64,000 nucleotides of DNA. It comes from Chitinophagales bacterium (GTDB lineage: Bacteria; Bacteroidota; Bacteroidia; Chitinophagales; LD1). The stretch is from NCBI GenBank assembly GCA_046329555.1, contig JAXLUK010000005.1, forward strand, positions 188,801 to 252,800. The letters run 5' to 3'. The position numbers and the translations under genes were made by a program. Shown in pieces: positions 39,471 to 47,359 of the stretch. Positions within the stretch are counted from its first letter, which is position 1, and every line of letters begins with the position of its first letter. The notes beneath the pieces are model-generated. The model searched no databases and was not told the origin of the DNA. It was given only the letters and a program-made list of their open reading frames with translations.

Positions 39471-40031
39471 TTAATCTTCCAACAATAAAAACTTCTCAAT
39501 CTTCTGCGCGGCGTGGAAATAGCTGGCTTTCAGCGCGCCTACACTGGTCTGCAAAATCTCACTCATTTGCTCATAGGGCAACTCATCGTAATAACGCAGG
39601 TTGAATACGATGCGTTGCTTATCGGGAAGCGCCTCAATGGCGGCCTTTAACCGCAGCGCCAGCCGGTCGGCATCCAGCGTGCTGCTTTCGGCTTTCAGAT
39701 AATTAGCCGGCGCGTAACTTTCTTCATCATCGTCAGTTCCATCAAAAGTCACGTGCTGGTGTCGCTTGTTTTTATTCAGAAAATTGAGGCATTCGTTGGT
39801 GGCAATGCGATACATCCAGGTAAACAATTGCGAATCGGCCCGGAAATTTTCCAGCCCTTTCCAGATTTTTACAAAGGTGTCTTGCAACACATCATTGGCG
39901 TGTTCGTGTTCAATCACCATACGCCTGATGTGCCAATAGATGCGCTGTTGGTATTTTTCTACCAATAGCTTAAACGCCCGCTCGCGGCCAGTCTCGCTGT
40001 GAAAAAGCGCCAGTATCTCAGCATCCGTCAT
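39471..40031 (-). CDS. ECF-type RNA polymerase sigma-70 factor
   Basis: Region 2 (DVLQDTFVKIW, WMYRIATNECLNF) and region 4 (LPDKQRIVFNLRYYDELPYEQMSEIL). Confidence 0.9.
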   Translation of the reverse strand: MTDAEILALFHSETGRERAFKLLVEKYQQRIYWHIRRMVIEHEHANDVLQDTFVKIWKGLENFRADSQLFTWMYRIATNECLNFLNKNKRHQHVTFDGTDDDEESYAPANYLKAESSTLDADRLALRLKAAIEALPDKQRIVFNLRYYDELPYEQMSEILQTSVGALKASYFHAAQKIEKFLLLED

Positions 40032-40071
40032 GTACGGGGTTTGACTGGTCTTTTGCTTAAAAGTTTAATGA

Positions 40072-41049
40072 CTAGGCGCTTTTGCGCTGTAGTACGCGTT
40101 TCACCGCCGCTACTACATCGGGTGTATCTAATCCGTACTTCGCCAGTAGCTGGTCGGGCGTACCGCTTTCGCCAAACGAATCCTGCACCGCCACAAACTC
40201 CATTGGCGCCGGAAATTCTCGGCCCAGCAGTGCCGCTACCGAACTGCCTAATCCGCCAATCACATTGTGCTCTTCACACACTACGGCACAGCGCGTTTTG
40301 CGCACTGATTGGAGGATGGCCGCCGTATCCAGCGGCTTAATGGTGTGGATATTGATTAACTCTACCGAATGCCCTTCGGCTTCCAGCAGGCGCGCGGCTT
40401 CAATGGCTTTCCACACCAAGTGACCGGTGGCAAAAATGGAAACATCTTTTCCTTCGTGCAGCAGCAACGCCTTGCCAATTTCGAAGGTTTGATCGGCCGG
40501 AGTGAAGATGGGCCATGAAGGGCGACCAAAGCGCAGGTACACCGGGCCATCATACGCGGCTACGGCTAAGGTGGCTGCCTTGGTTTGGTTGTAATCGCAC
40601 GGATTAATCACCACCATGCCCGGCAACATTTGCATCAGGCCAATATCTTCCAGAATCTGATGCGTAGCGCCGTCTTCGCCTAAGGTAACGCCCGCATGCG
40701 AAGCGGCAATTTTTACATTCTTGCCGCTGTAGGCTATAGATTGTCTGATTTGATCATACACGCGCCCCGTGGCAAAATTGGCAAAGGTGGTGGCAAACGG
40801 AATTTTGCCGCCAATGGTTAAACCCGCGGCCATGCCCATCATATTCGCTTCTGAAATACCACACTGAATAAAGCGCTCCGGAAATTCTTTTACGAAATCA
40901 TCCAGCTTCAGCGAGCCCAGCAAATCGGCGCACAGCGCCACTACATTGGGATTGGTGCGCCCTAATTCCAGCATGCCCGCGCCAAAACCGCTGCGTGTAT
41001 CTTTCTTTCCGGTGCTTACTAAATGTTCTAATGCCATGGTGTTTCGCAA
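40072..41049 (-). CDS. Transketolase, C-terminal (pyrimidine-binding) subunit
   Basis: GISEANMMGMAAGL and the split-transketolase subunit B length (325 aa). No N-terminal subunit gene adjacent. Confidence 0.9.
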   Translation of the reverse strand: MRNTMALEHLVSTGKKDTRSGFGAGMLELGRTNPNVVALCADLLGSLKLDDFVKEFPERFIQCGISEANMMGMAAGLTIGGKIPFATTFANFATGRVYDQIRQSIAYSGKNVKIAASHAGVTLGEDGATHQILEDIGLMQMLPGMVVINPCDYNQTKAATLAVAAYDGPVYLRFGRPSWPIFTPADQTFEIGKALLLHEGKDVSIFATGHLVWKAIEAARLLEAEGHSVELINIHTIKPLDTAAILQSVRKTRCAVVCEEHNVIGGLGSSVAALLGREFPAPMEFVAVQDSFGESGTPDQLLAKYGLDTPDVVAAVKRVLQRKSA

Positions 41050-41083
41050 TTATTTTGATGATGTTTGGAAGCGGGTGTGCTGC

Positions 41084-42481
41084 TTACAGCTTCAAACTTA
41101 CACTTCCGCCGCTGGTCACCTCAAAATCTTTTTCCACCGAACTGTGAATAGCTTTTGCGCTGCGCGCGCGGTACACTATCTTGTACTTGCCCGGCTGCAG
41201 CCACCACTGCATGGTTTTTTTGTCGTTGCGCAGGCGCTCCAGCGCTTCTAAACCATGCTGGCCGTAATACAGCAGCGCGCCTTCCATTTCCTGCATGCAT
41301 TGCACCTGCAACAGGCCGGGAACCGGCACGACCAATTCGGTGTTTTTTCCCGGCGGAATAGTCAAAGCATGAAACTCAATCCGCGGCAAGGTAAGCAGCG
41401 AAACATCATACGTTCCGGCCAACAACGGTTCCGGACGGTTCATGGTCGATTTCAATAAAATAGTTCCGCTATCGGGCCGGTGAATCAACACAGGAATGTC
41501 TTCAGGAAGAAAATTTTTCGGCAACACCCCGCTGTACATCGGCAACAGCGTGCCACGTGCGGCATCGGCAACAAGGCGGTTGTGTTCATTTTTCTTCAAC
41601 ACAATATCGCGAATCACCAGCGGCGGCGTGGTGTGCACCGTAAGCTGGTACGTAAACAGGGGCGATAACGTCATCGTATCCGGCAGTCCATACGCATTCA
41701 AGGTGTGGAAGCACCGGTACTTCACCACGCCCGTACGGGCATCGCTGAACGTGAGCGGCACCGCGGTTTCCAGCGGTTTTCCAAATTCATTATTTAAATC
41801 CACCTGCACCGTAGTTTTAGCAATAGCTTCGTTCACGATGCGGTCGAGCTGCTCAGTAAATTCAGCCCCCGAATTTACATTCACCAAATCGCCTACGCAT
41901 TGAAAATTGGCTTCGGCGCGGGCGTTTAATTGCAAGCCAATCACAAATGGTTTGAGAATAATACCGCGCTGTTGTAACAATAAACTGGCAGCGCACACAT
42001 CGCCCTCGCAGGCTTCTTCACCATCCGTAATTAAAATCAAAATATTTCGCGATTCGTCGGCGCCAAAATCACCGGCTGCTTTTTCCAGCGCATAAGCAAT
42101 AGGCGTAATGCCTTTTGGTTTCAGCGTTTTCAGTTTCGATAAAAACCGCTCGGCATTATTTTTCCCAATCGGAATTTCCAGTCGCGTGTCCTTGCAATTG
42201 TGTTCCGATTCATCGTATAAATCGCCAAAGGCGCGCAAGCCTGTTACCACATTCGGAATCTTACAGATACTGTCGGAAATTTGCGCAATGGTATTGATGG
42301 CCGTTTCCCACTTGGTGGCGCCATCCCAGTTTTTCTTCATGCTGAACGACGCATCCAGCACGTACAAAATTTTGGTGGTTTGCGCGAAGGTGGAAGTGCT
42401 GAACAACAGCAACCACAGCAACCAATACCGGTAAGCGCGGCGGCCTGTTGCCGGTGAGAGATGGATTTTTTTCGCGCTCAT
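41084..42481 (-). CDS. Secreted von Willebrand factor A domain protein (paralog B)
   Basis: Signal peptide. MIDAS motif VLDASFSM...ILITDGEEAC. About 250-aa C-terminal beta-rich extension. Confidence 0.8.
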   Translation of the reverse strand: MSAKKIHLSPATGRRAYRYWLLWLLLFSTSTFAQTTKILYVLDASFSMKKNWDGATKWETAINTIAQISDSICKIPNVVTGLRAFGDLYDESEHNCKDTRLEIPIGKNNAERFLSKLKTLKPKGITPIAYALEKAAGDFGADESRNILILITDGEEACEGDVCAASLLLQQRGIILKPFVIGLQLNARAEANFQCVGDLVNVNSGAEFTEQLDRIVNEAIAKTTVQVDLNNEFGKPLETAVPLTFSDARTGVVKYRCFHTLNAYGLPDTMTLSPLFTYQLTVHTTPPLVIRDIVLKKNEHNRLVADAARGTLLPMYSGVLPKNFLPEDIPVLIHRPDSGTILLKSTMNRPEPLLAGTYDVSLLTLPRIEFHALTIPPGKNTELVVPVPGLLQVQCMQEMEGALLYYGQHGLEALERLRNDKKTMQWWLQPGKYKIVYRARSAKAIHSSVEKDFEVTSGGSVSLKL

Positions 42482-43824
42482 AAGTCAAGCACACTGGTTT
42501 TATTTTCTTCCATCACCACCGTGGTGGATTTTGATGATTCGGCATGTTGGGCGTTTAGCGGTTGGGTGAGCACCACATAAGTGCCCGGTTGCAGGCGGCA
42601 CGATATACCGGCTTGACCAACTTCAGCTCGGTATTCCAGCGTTTCGCCTGATGCGCCCTGATGAAGAATGGCCAATCGCGCTTTTTCGCGCGAGGTAATC
42701 AGCAGCGTGCCGAAGGCGGGCATCGTCCATTCGTTGGCCAGCGGTTGCGTGAAAAGGGTATCGGCAATAGGCGTGGTCAGCACCTGCACCCGAAGCGGCG
42801 AGGCGGCATACTGCTCGGTTTCGTTCCTACTTTGTGTTTTGATGATGTTCGATTGGCGCACCACTACGCGCGCATCGTTTTTTGTTCCCGGCAAGATGGG
42901 CGCATTCACGCGAACAGGAGTCAGAAAGGCGGGCAAGGCCAGTACGTTATTTTTTCCAGGGTCAATGGTAATGTCATTTTTTTGCAAGGCAGGAAATGTA
43001 TGCACGGTAAGCTGGTACGTTCCGGTAGGATTCATCCAAATGGTATCGCTCACCACGGGCGCGCGATGCGTCTGCACCAGATTATACAACGGCTGATGCG
43101 AGTAGGCATCGGCAAACGTCATCGGCACATTGGTGATGCTGTTGGTTTCTTGTCGGTCAACCAGATGCACCTGCACCGTGGTATTGTCGAGCGTTCGGCG
43201 CACCAGGGCGCCCACCGCCTGCTGTACTTCGTTGGCCGAATGCGTATTGATGAACGTGCCCACACATTGAAAGTGTGCGGTTAGTGCTTCGGGCACATCT
43301 ACGCCAATGATGAACGGTTTTAGTGCAATGCGTTTTTCGCTCAGGCGCTGCGCGGCCACACACGGATCGCCCTCGCAGTTTTCGTTGCCATCGGTAATCA
43401 GGATGATGGCGTTTAGCGCTGTGCTGTCGGCCAAAAAATCTTTGGCGCCTTCGGCAATGCTATAGGCAATGGGCGTCATGCCTTGCGGAACAAGCCGGGA
43501 GGTGGCGGCTTTAAAGGCTGGACCATTTTGTTTGCCGAAAGGGATAAGCAGTTTTGAGTCGGTACAGTTTTTCTGGTTTTTCGGGAATTGCGCGCCGAAC
43601 ACCCGCAAGGCGAATTGTACGCGGCCCGTGCGCTCGAAAGAATCGACCAGATGGTACAGCGTGTTTCGGGCCACTTCGAAGCGCGATTGGCCCTGCCAGG
43701 AGGCCGCCATGCTACCCGAAGCATCCAGGATGAAGAGGATATGTTGTTGTTGCGGATGGAACGGTTGCGCCGGAAGGGCAACACGCAACAGCAGGAACCA
43801 ACCAAGCAGCCAACGCATCTGCAT
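42478..43824 (-). CDS. Secreted von Willebrand factor A domain protein (paralog A)
   Basis: MIDAS motif ILDASGSM...ILITDGNENC. Same architecture as the downstream paralog. ATGA stop/start overlap at 42478-42481. Confidence 0.8.
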   Translation of the reverse strand: MQMRWLLGWFLLLRVALPAQPFHPQQQHILFILDASGSMAASWQGQSRFEVARNTLYHLVDSFERTGRVQFALRVFGAQFPKNQKNCTDSKLLIPFGKQNGPAFKAATSRLVPQGMTPIAYSIAEGAKDFLADSTALNAIILITDGNENCEGDPCVAAQRLSEKRIALKPFIIGVDVPEALTAHFQCVGTFINTHSANEVQQAVGALVRRTLDNTTVQVHLVDRQETNSITNVPMTFADAYSHQPLYNLVQTHRAPVVSDTIWMNPTGTYQLTVHTFPALQKNDITIDPGKNNVLALPAFLTPVRVNAPILPGTKNDARVVVRQSNIIKTQSRNETEQYAASPLRVQVLTTPIADTLFTQPLANEWTMPAFGTLLITSREKARLAILHQGASGETLEYRAEVGQAGISCRLQPGTYVVLTQPLNAQHAESSKSTTVVMEENKTSVLDL

Positions 43825-43865
43825 AATAACGAAGCTAAGGAATTGTAAATTGTAGTAAAGAGCAG

Positions 43866-44184
43866 ATCAGGATTATTTTGGCGTGCCCCCTCCACCCGCA
43901 AGGAAGTATGCGCCTGGTGCAAGGGCAACGCTAATGCGGGTTTCGGGGTCGCGCCCTCTGCTCCCAAGGTTTTTGGCCGCGCATTGTTTCTGCAAGAATT
44001 GCGGCGGCATCAAAATGAGCGTAAAAAGAAGCCGGCGTTTTTTTTTGGAGCCGGCACAGCTCATTTTCTTCTGGCCGGGTGAAGGCCAAAAACGCTTTCC
44101 GCGTCGGTCGCTCACGCTCGGCGCAAGGTGGGGAAGGGTAGTGCGGCCAGGCGAAGATGCGCGTTCCAATTCGCGCGTTGGCAC
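43866..44184. repeat. GC-rich intergenic mosaic repeat (island 4)
   Basis: Begins TTATTTTGGCGTGCCCCCTCC, the same terminus as element B at 38380. Contains CTCACGCTCGGCGCAA, also present in element B. Runs directly into the 214-bp array. Confidence 0.5.
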
Positions 44185-45380
44185 GTGATAAATGGATAAA
44201 AATCCCGAAGGGATGAAATGATTATGGGGAATAATGTCACCCCTTCGGGGTTCATGATTTCACGATGTGGTGTTGCTACAAATATGCCAACCCTTCGGGT
44301 TTGGTTGGGCGCAGGTGTGCTCCATCTGGTTCAGTGATAAACGAGAGATGGATAAAAATCCCGAAGGGATGAAATAGTTGTAGCTGCGGAAATGGTGCGG
44401 AATCCAATCCCGAAGGGATGATAGGATCAGGAAGATTTTCGGGAATAATGTCACCCCTTCGGGGTTTATTATTTCACGATGCGGTGTTGCTACAAATATG
44501 CCAACCCTTCGGGTTTAGTTGGGCGCGGATGCGCCTTATCTGGTTCAGTGATAAACGATATATGGATAAAAATCCCGAAGCGATGAAATTGTTGTAGCTG
44601 CGAAAAAGGTGCGGAATCCAATCCCGAAGGGATGATAGGATAAGGAAGATTTTCGGGAATAATGTCACCCCTTCGGGGGTCATGATTTCACGATGTGGTG
44701 TTGCTACAAGTATGCCAACCCTTCGGGTTTAGTTGGGCGCGGATGCGCCTTATCTGGTTCAGTGATAAACGATATATGGATAAAAATCCCGAAGCGATGA
44801 AATTGTTGTAGCTGCGAAAAAGGTGCGGAATCCAATCCCGAAGGGATGATAGGATAAGGAAGATTTTCGGGAATAATGTCACCCCTTCGGGGGTCATGAT
44901 TTCACGATGTGGTGTTGCTACAAGTATGCCAACCCTTCGGGTTTAGTTGGGCGCGGATGCGCCTTATCTGGTTCAGTGATAAACGATATATGGATAAAAA
45001 TCCCGAAGCGATGAAATTGTTGTAGCTGCGAAAAAGGTGCGGAATCCAATCCCGAAGGGATGATAGGATAAGGAAGATTTTCGGGAATAATGTCACCCCT
45101 TCGGGGGTCATGATTTCACGATGTGGTGTTGCTACAAGTATGCCAACCCTTTGGGTTTAGTTGGGCGCGGATGCGCCTTATCTGGTTCAGTGATAAACGA
45201 TATATGGATAAAAATCCCGAAGGGATGAAATAGTTGTAGATGTAGCAGATGGCGCAGATACCAATCCCGAAGGGATGATATGATGATTATGGGGAATAAT
45301 GTCACCCCTTCGGGGTTTATTATTTCACGATGTGGTGTTGCTACAAGTATGCCAACCCTTCGGGTTTGGTTGGGCGTAGG
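44185..45380. repeat. Tandem array of a 214-bp unit, about 5.6 copies
   Basis: The anchor AATGTCACCCCTTCGGGG occurs at 44233, 44447, 44661, 44875, 45089 and 45298 (spacings 214, 214, 214, 214, 209). Copies 3 and 4 are identical by eye and the outer copies are diverged. Each unit holds four CCCTTCGGG/CCCGAAGGG hairpins, two per orientation, plus GGCGCggatGCGCC. Confidence 0.9.
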
Positions 45381-45439
45381 CATGCTCTAAAACTGGCCCT
45401 TGCTTTGTTACTATCTCCTAAAGCAAAACTGTAGTGTGT

Positions 45440-45593
45440 GGCCAGCATTGGCCAAAGGATATTTTGATGAAGCGGCGACTATCGAAAAGAGCGTCGAGCG
45501 GCCGGGATGGTAGTGGAGCGAGCGTAGCGAGCTGTGCGGAACGAAGTGGAGCACCGCAGCGATAGCGGAGCCACGAACAGCCCGTAAGCCGCC
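45440..45593. repeat. GC-rich intergenic mosaic repeat (island 5)
   Basis: GGATGGTAGTGGAGCGAGCGTAGCGAG...CAGCGATAGCGGAGCCACGAACAGCCC. These are reverse-complement versions of the modules in island 1. Confidence 0.45.
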
Positions 45594-46259
45594 CTAATAA
45601 TTCAAAAATCGCATGAGGGCGTCGTAACGATCTTTCACGTCTTCGGTGTAGTTTACTTCGTTGTACACGCCGCTTACTACATAATCGTAACGCTCAAAGG
45701 CCGCCACAATGGGCGATAAATCCTGTAAATTAATTTTCAACGTCACCAGCGTCTTGCCCGAATGTTGGTTGGTTTTGGAATAGGCCGATAACACTTGTCC
45801 GTTGTTCTCCTCCACAATCCTGCACATTTCCGATAGCTGGTAATCTACCGGCGCTACTTCTACTTCAATCAGGCTGCCTTCCTGCATCACGCCGTTTAAA
45901 TCGGCAAAGGCCTTTAAGCAACTTTCAGCCGATATCATGCCGATGTACGCTTCGCTCTCATCGTGTAGCACGGGTACCACCTTCACACTGTAGGCTACGG
46001 CAGCGCGCATCACCTCTAACAGGTGTGCGCTGGCATGGGTGTACACGCGCTTGGGTGCTGTGAAAAAACTGCCGAGGGTGGCACTCATATCGGGCATGGA
46101 AAAAATATCTTCCATGGCAATGAGTCCGACAAACTTCTCGCCATCTACCAGGGGCATCTGGTTGGCCATATAATCATGCATCAACAACACGGCCTGCTCT
46201 CCGGTAGTTTGTACCGTAAGGGGCTTGATGACATCCGAAACCAAATCGCGCGCGAACAT
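45594..46259 (-). CDS. CBS-domain pair protein with C-terminal ACT-like domain
   Basis: Two CBS-like motifs (VDGEKFVGLIAMEDI and VVPVLHDESEAYIGMIS). 221 aa. Confidence 0.7.
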   Translation of the reverse strand: MFARDLVSDVIKPLTVQTTGEQAVLLMHDYMANQMPLVDGEKFVGLIAMEDIFSMPDMSATLGSFFTAPKRVYTHASAHLLEVMRAAVAYSVKVVPVLHDESEAYIGMISAESCLKAFADLNGVMQEGSLIEVEVAPVDYQLSEMCRIVEENNGQVLSAYSKTNQHSGKTLVTLKINLQDLSPIVAAFERYDYVVSGVYNEVNYTEDVKDRYDALMRFLNY

Positions 46260-46325
46260 GCTTTTCTATTAAACGCTTTTGTTACTGAATAAGACGAAAT
46301 TGAACGAAAAAAGATGCGTCTCCAA

Positions 46326-47090
46326 TTACTTAGACAAAATCCGTTCCAAAAAGTTGTCCATGATGGTATTGAACGCTGCGGGCTGCTCCATCATGGGTGC
46401 ATGACAACATTCATTGAGGATGTGGAGCTCTGAATTTTTCAAGAGCTTTTTAAACTCTTCTCCTACAAAGGGCGGTGTAATGGTATCGTTGGCGCCCCAG
46501 ATGAGGTTGCAGGGCACCTGGATGTGTTCAATTTCTTCGCGCATGTTGTGGCGCACGGCTGACTTGGCCAGAAACACAATGCGGATGGCCTTTTCGCGGT
46601 TGTTGACGATTTCATAGACTTCGTCAACCAGCTCTTTATCGGCCAATGCGGGATTATAAAATGTCTCGGCGGTTTTTTTGCGGATGTATTCGTAATCGCT
46701 CTTCTTGGGATACTGATCGCCGAGTGAACTTTCAAACAAACCGGAACTGGCGGTAAGGGTGAGTGAGCGCACTTTTTCCTGGCGGCGGAGGGTGTACACA
46801 ATACCGATATGTCCGCCCAGGGAATTGCCGATGAGGTTGAGTTGGTTGTAGTTTTTATGGGCAATGAATTGATCGATATGATCTACCATGCCGGTTACGG
46901 AGGTTTGATCGAGGGGCAGGCGGTAGAGGGGCAGAATGGGAATGACCACCTTGTAGCGGTCTTTAAAATGGTTGATGGTATCGGCGAAGTTCGACAGGGC
47001 GCCGAACAGGCCGTGCAGCAGGAGAATTACTTCTCCTTCGCCTTCTTCAACATATTGAAATTCACCTTCGGTACGTACCTGAAACTGCAT
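46326..47090 (-). CDS. Alpha/beta hydrolase
   Basis: LLLHGLFG and the nucleophile elbow GNSLGG. C-terminal catalytic His in CCHAPMMEQP. Confidence 0.8.
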   Translation of the reverse strand: MQFQVRTEGEFQYVEEGEGEVILLLHGLFGALSNFADTINHFKDRYKVVIPILPLYRLPLDQTSVTGMVDHIDQFIAHKNYNQLNLIGNSLGGHIGIVYTLRRQEKVRSLTLTASSGLFESSLGDQYPKKSDYEYIRKKTAETFYNPALADKELVDEVYEIVNNREKAIRIVFLAKSAVRHNMREEIEHIQVPCNLIWGANDTITPPFVGEEFKKLLKNSELHILNECCHAPMMEQPAAFNTIMDNFLERILSK

Positions 47091-47137
47091 TGAGCGTAAA
47101 AGTAATTTTTTATAGTAAAAGGAAAATGGGAAAGCGG

Positions 47138-47325
47138 TTGTTTACACCTAGAGGGGGTTTGCACGCAAAAGGGGTTTACAAGCGAAGGGGATACACGCAA
47201 AGGACGCAAAGATTATACACGCAAAGAACGCAAAGATTTACGCAAAGACCGCAAAGGGGTTTACACGCAAAGACCGCAGAGGTTTACACGCAAAGAACGC
47301 AAAGATTTACGCAAAGGGCGCTGAG
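47138..47325. repeat. Degenerate tandem array of the heptamer CGCAAAG (CTTTGCG on the gene strand)
   Basis: Eleven exact CGCAAAG plus about three variants within 190 bp. The higher-order unit TACACGCAAAGAACGCAAAGATTTACGCAAAG occurs twice, 70 bp apart. Lies between the ABC-F stop and the hydrolase start. Confidence 0.8.
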
Positions 47326-47359
47326 GGGATGGAAGTGGGGGGCGGGTCGATATTTTGTT

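Noticed and set aside
40072-41049. Orphan transketolase C-terminal subunit, considered as a possible pseudogene or fragment.
   Set aside because: The ORF is full length for a split-transketolase B subunit with intact motifs. The A subunit is probably encoded elsewhere, an arrangement I believe occurs in this phylum.
42661-43284. 207-aa plus-strand ORF, and other plus-strand ORFs opposite the vWA genes.
   Set aside because: They are antisense to vWA genes with clear MIDAS motifs. Their composition is Arg/His-rich and nonsensical.
44185-45380. Possible CRISPR array, because of the regular repeats with palindromic cores.
   Set aside because: The period is 214 bp and essentially the whole unit is repeated, so there are no unique spacers. 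There are no cas genes in the window.
44260-45383. Five tandem minus-strand ORFs (64-83 aa; three of 69 aa: MTPEGVTLFPKIFLILSSLRDW...), one per 214-bp repeat unit. They could be read as a multicopy small-protein gene family.
   Set aside because: The reading frame is not preserved in the diverged outer copies; a 5-nt indel in the last unit shifts the frame after SSLRDW. The conserved peptide words (PEGV, RDWI, PKGW, ASGF) are simply translations of the CCCGAAGGG/CCCTTCGGG hairpins. A 70-codon open frame in a 214-nt unit is not statistically surprising. I treat it as non-coding DNA.
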